A stretch of DNA of 64,000 nt. Source: an uncultured delta proteobacterium. GTDB lineage: Bacteria; Desulfobacterota; Desulfobacteria; Desulfobacterales; B30-G6. Position numbers and translations under genes: made by a program. Positions within the stretch are counted from its first letter, which is position 1; every line of letters begins with the position of its first letter. Under the pieces are notes generated by a model, which made no database searches, was not told the origin of the DNA, and worked only from the letters and a program-made list of their open reading frames with translations. This document shows, in pieces, positions 62,045 through 64,000 of the stretch. The stretch is taken from assembly GCA_963823335.1 (NCBI GenBank), contig CAWGLD010000001.1, forward strand, positions 64,001 through 128,000, in the 5' to 3' direction.

Positions 62045-62188
62045 ATGAAAACAGACTTATACGCAAAGACCATCTTGACCATTATCGCTATCTGCCTGCT
62101 GTATATGACTTGCAGGGATATGGTAGTACCAGCTTATGCAGATCGTAACGATATCGTTGACGTCAATATCGTAGCAGTGAGGAACTAA
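62045..62188 (+). CDS. 47-aa membrane peptide, possibly truncated
   Basis: RBS; MKTDLYAKTILTIIAICLL...VDVNIVAV. Confidence 0.45.
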   Translation: MKTDLYAKTILTIIAICLLYMTCRDMVVPAYADRNDIVDVNIVAVRN

Positions 62189-62329
62189 TACGGGACATTC
62201 GTGCAGAGCGTGCGTAGCGAACCCTTTAGAAAACTTCTCAAGACCGATCCCTACCTAAATCGAAACCTTTGCAAAACACTCCTTTTTGCCCAATTTCCGT
62301 GTCAGGCTCAAATTCTAATCCTAAATATA

Positions 62330-62472
62330 TTGAAGAACCTCGCAGCAAGCTACGAGGAATGTTCTGCCGTTCGGCAGTGCTGCGCATCGACCGTAAGGAA
62401 TTCTGTCTAATTTAGATTCGCTCGCTAACCCCGCGGCAAGCCACGGGGAATGCGCTCGCTTTTGCGGTTCAA
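62330..62472 (+). mobile_element. TTGAA/TTCAA miniature element, long form, nested in another repeat
   Basis: matches 27660-27778 (reverse complement). Confidence 0.85.
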
Positions 62473-62529
62473 TGTATTCATATGGTTAAAAAATTATTTT
62501 CCTCAATCTGAACCAAAATTGAGCCTTTT

Positions 62530-63687
62530 TCAAAGGCCCCGGTCCAATAAAGACACACCTTTTGCCAGTGTTTGTAGTGGAACGGCTTCCACTTGACTTG
62601 CCAATGGGAATCGTTGGGTTCCCGGATAAATTACAAACACATGCTTTAAATTCAAATCATCAAGAGCGATCCGGATGGAAGGCGTTATGCGTGGCGTGTC
62701 CGTACGTTTACACTCTATACCGTACAACACGTCACCTCGGCGTAGAATCAAATCGATTTCCGCACCTTGGTGGGTAGCCCAAAAGAAAACCTCATCATGT
62801 GGCTCTGTTTTTAGCAATTGTTCGATAACAAACCCTTCCCATGAGGCACCCATCTTGGGATGAGAGAACAGGTTCTTCATAGAATCGATGCCCAGCAATT
62901 GATGCAGCATTCCGCTGTCACGCACATAGATCTTGGGCGATTTCACCTGGCGCTTTTTCAGGTTTGCATGGTAAGGCTGCAATTGACGAATCATAAAGGC
63001 ATCTGTCAGCAAATCCAAATAGCGTCGTGTGGTCGATTCACTAACGCCAAGGGTACGGGCTGGCTCGGCTGCGTTCCAAACCTGCCCATGATAATGCGCC
63101 ACCATGGTCCAAAAACGCCAAAGGGCGGTTGCCGCGACACGTACGCCCCACTGGGGAAAGTCACGCTCAAGAAGGGTTTGGATGAAGTTCTTGCGCCATG
63201 CAATGCTATTGGCATTACTTCCGGCCAGGTAGGAAAGGGGAAGACCGCCCCTCAACCACAAGTGCTGCTCCGCTTCGAAACCTAACTCCGACAACGAGAA
63301 ACCGCCGATGACTATACGCTCCATTCTACCGGCAAGGCTTTCCGAAGTCTGGCGCATGAGAGTGCCGGAAGCGCTGCCAAGAATGAGAAAACGTGCCGGT
63401 GTGCGCTTTCGGTCGGCAAGTACCCGCAGTACAGGAAAAAGATCTGGGCGCCGCTGAATTTCATCAATTACTACCAATCCATTCAGTGGTTTTAAAGCGG
63501 TCATGGGCTCATCCAGTCGGCCCAAGCTTGTCGGGTCCTCCAGGTCAAAATAGTTGACTGAATCTTCTTCAAGCAACTTGCGAGCGAGCGTGGTTTTACC
63601 ACTTTGGCGAGGCCCCACCAATACGACAACGCGGCTGCGGGAAAGGGCATTTTTTAGCGCAGAAAGTATGGATGCACGCTTGATCAT
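62530..63687 (-). CDS. AAA+ ATPase with DUF4143 domain
   Basis: GPRQSGKT, IDEIQ, ESLAGR, KSPKIY, GAEIDL, IECK. Confidence 0.9.
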   Translation of the reverse strand: MIKRASILSALKNALSRSRVVVLVGPRQSGKTTLARKLLEEDSVNYFDLEDPTSLGRLDEPMTALKPLNGLVVIDEIQRRPDLFPVLRVLADRKRTPARFLILGSASGTLMRQTSESLAGRMERIVIGGFSLSELGFEAEQHLWLRGGLPLSYLAGSNANSIAWRKNFIQTLLERDFPQWGVRVAATALWRFWTMVAHYHGQVWNAAEPARTLGVSESTTRRYLDLLTDAFMIRQLQPYHANLKKRQVKSPKIYVRDSGMLHQLLGIDSMKNLFSHPKMGASWEGFVIEQLLKTEPHDEVFFWATHQGAEIDLILRRGDVLYGIECKRTDTPRITPSIRIALDDLNLKHVFVIYPGTQRFPLASQVEAVPLQTLAKGVSLLDRGL

Positions 63688-64000
63688 GAACCTACAATAC
63701 CATGAATATCCGTCATGTCAAGGCGGTTATTCGTGGTATTTCTCCACACTCAAGTTTTTCCATTGAAATTCTTCACATTTATTATTCGGTTCTGTTAATT
63801 TTTCAACTTCGCTTACTTTACGTCCAGTGGAATCCTCCATACCAGACGCAAAGGACTCAAACATAATTTTGAATGTTTAAATTTGAATTTTAAATTACAG
63901 GATCAGGAAAACCATCATGCCCTGCGGGCAATACGCTTTCCTGGGAAACTGAAATGCTGCAGAAGCTATAAAGAACATGGGCGGTGACAGGCATTAATCA

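Overview
The window looks like a sulfate-reducing deltaproteobacterial (Desulfobacterales-like) chromosome segment; this is inferred from gene content. About 1-20.5 kb is ordinary housekeeping DNA: DsrE/F/H-like trio, MATE, HdrC-like protein, trkA/trkH, SlyD-like PPIase, lytic transglycosylase, M20 hydrolase, DEAD-box helicase, acyl-CoA dehydrogenase and recQ. From about 20.6 kb the sequence becomes a visibly more AT-rich accessory region. Its dominant unexplained structure is a non-coding ~170-bp element in 12 direct-orientation copies plus one partial copy. Nine copies are exactly 170 bp despite heavy sequence divergence. Between 32 and 54.5 kb the copies separate unrelated 1-2-gene modules (GNATs, SMP-30, cytochrome c', adenylate cyclase-TPR, lipoproteins, PAS-LuxR/SulP, Ntn hydrolases, a 3'-truncated group II intron). 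The layout resembles an integron cassette array, but the repeats are not attC sites and no integrase is in view. A second fixed-length repeat family closes the array with a hybrid site, and IHF beta and alpha genes lie on either side. Also present: three c-di-GMP-I riboswitches, a duplicated LuxR-linked candidate sRNA, a YxGPERR/DRR micro-protein, several MITE-like families (one with filled and empty sites), IS256, IS110 remnants and a VapBC-type toxin-antitoxin pair. All calls were made by eye with no database searches.
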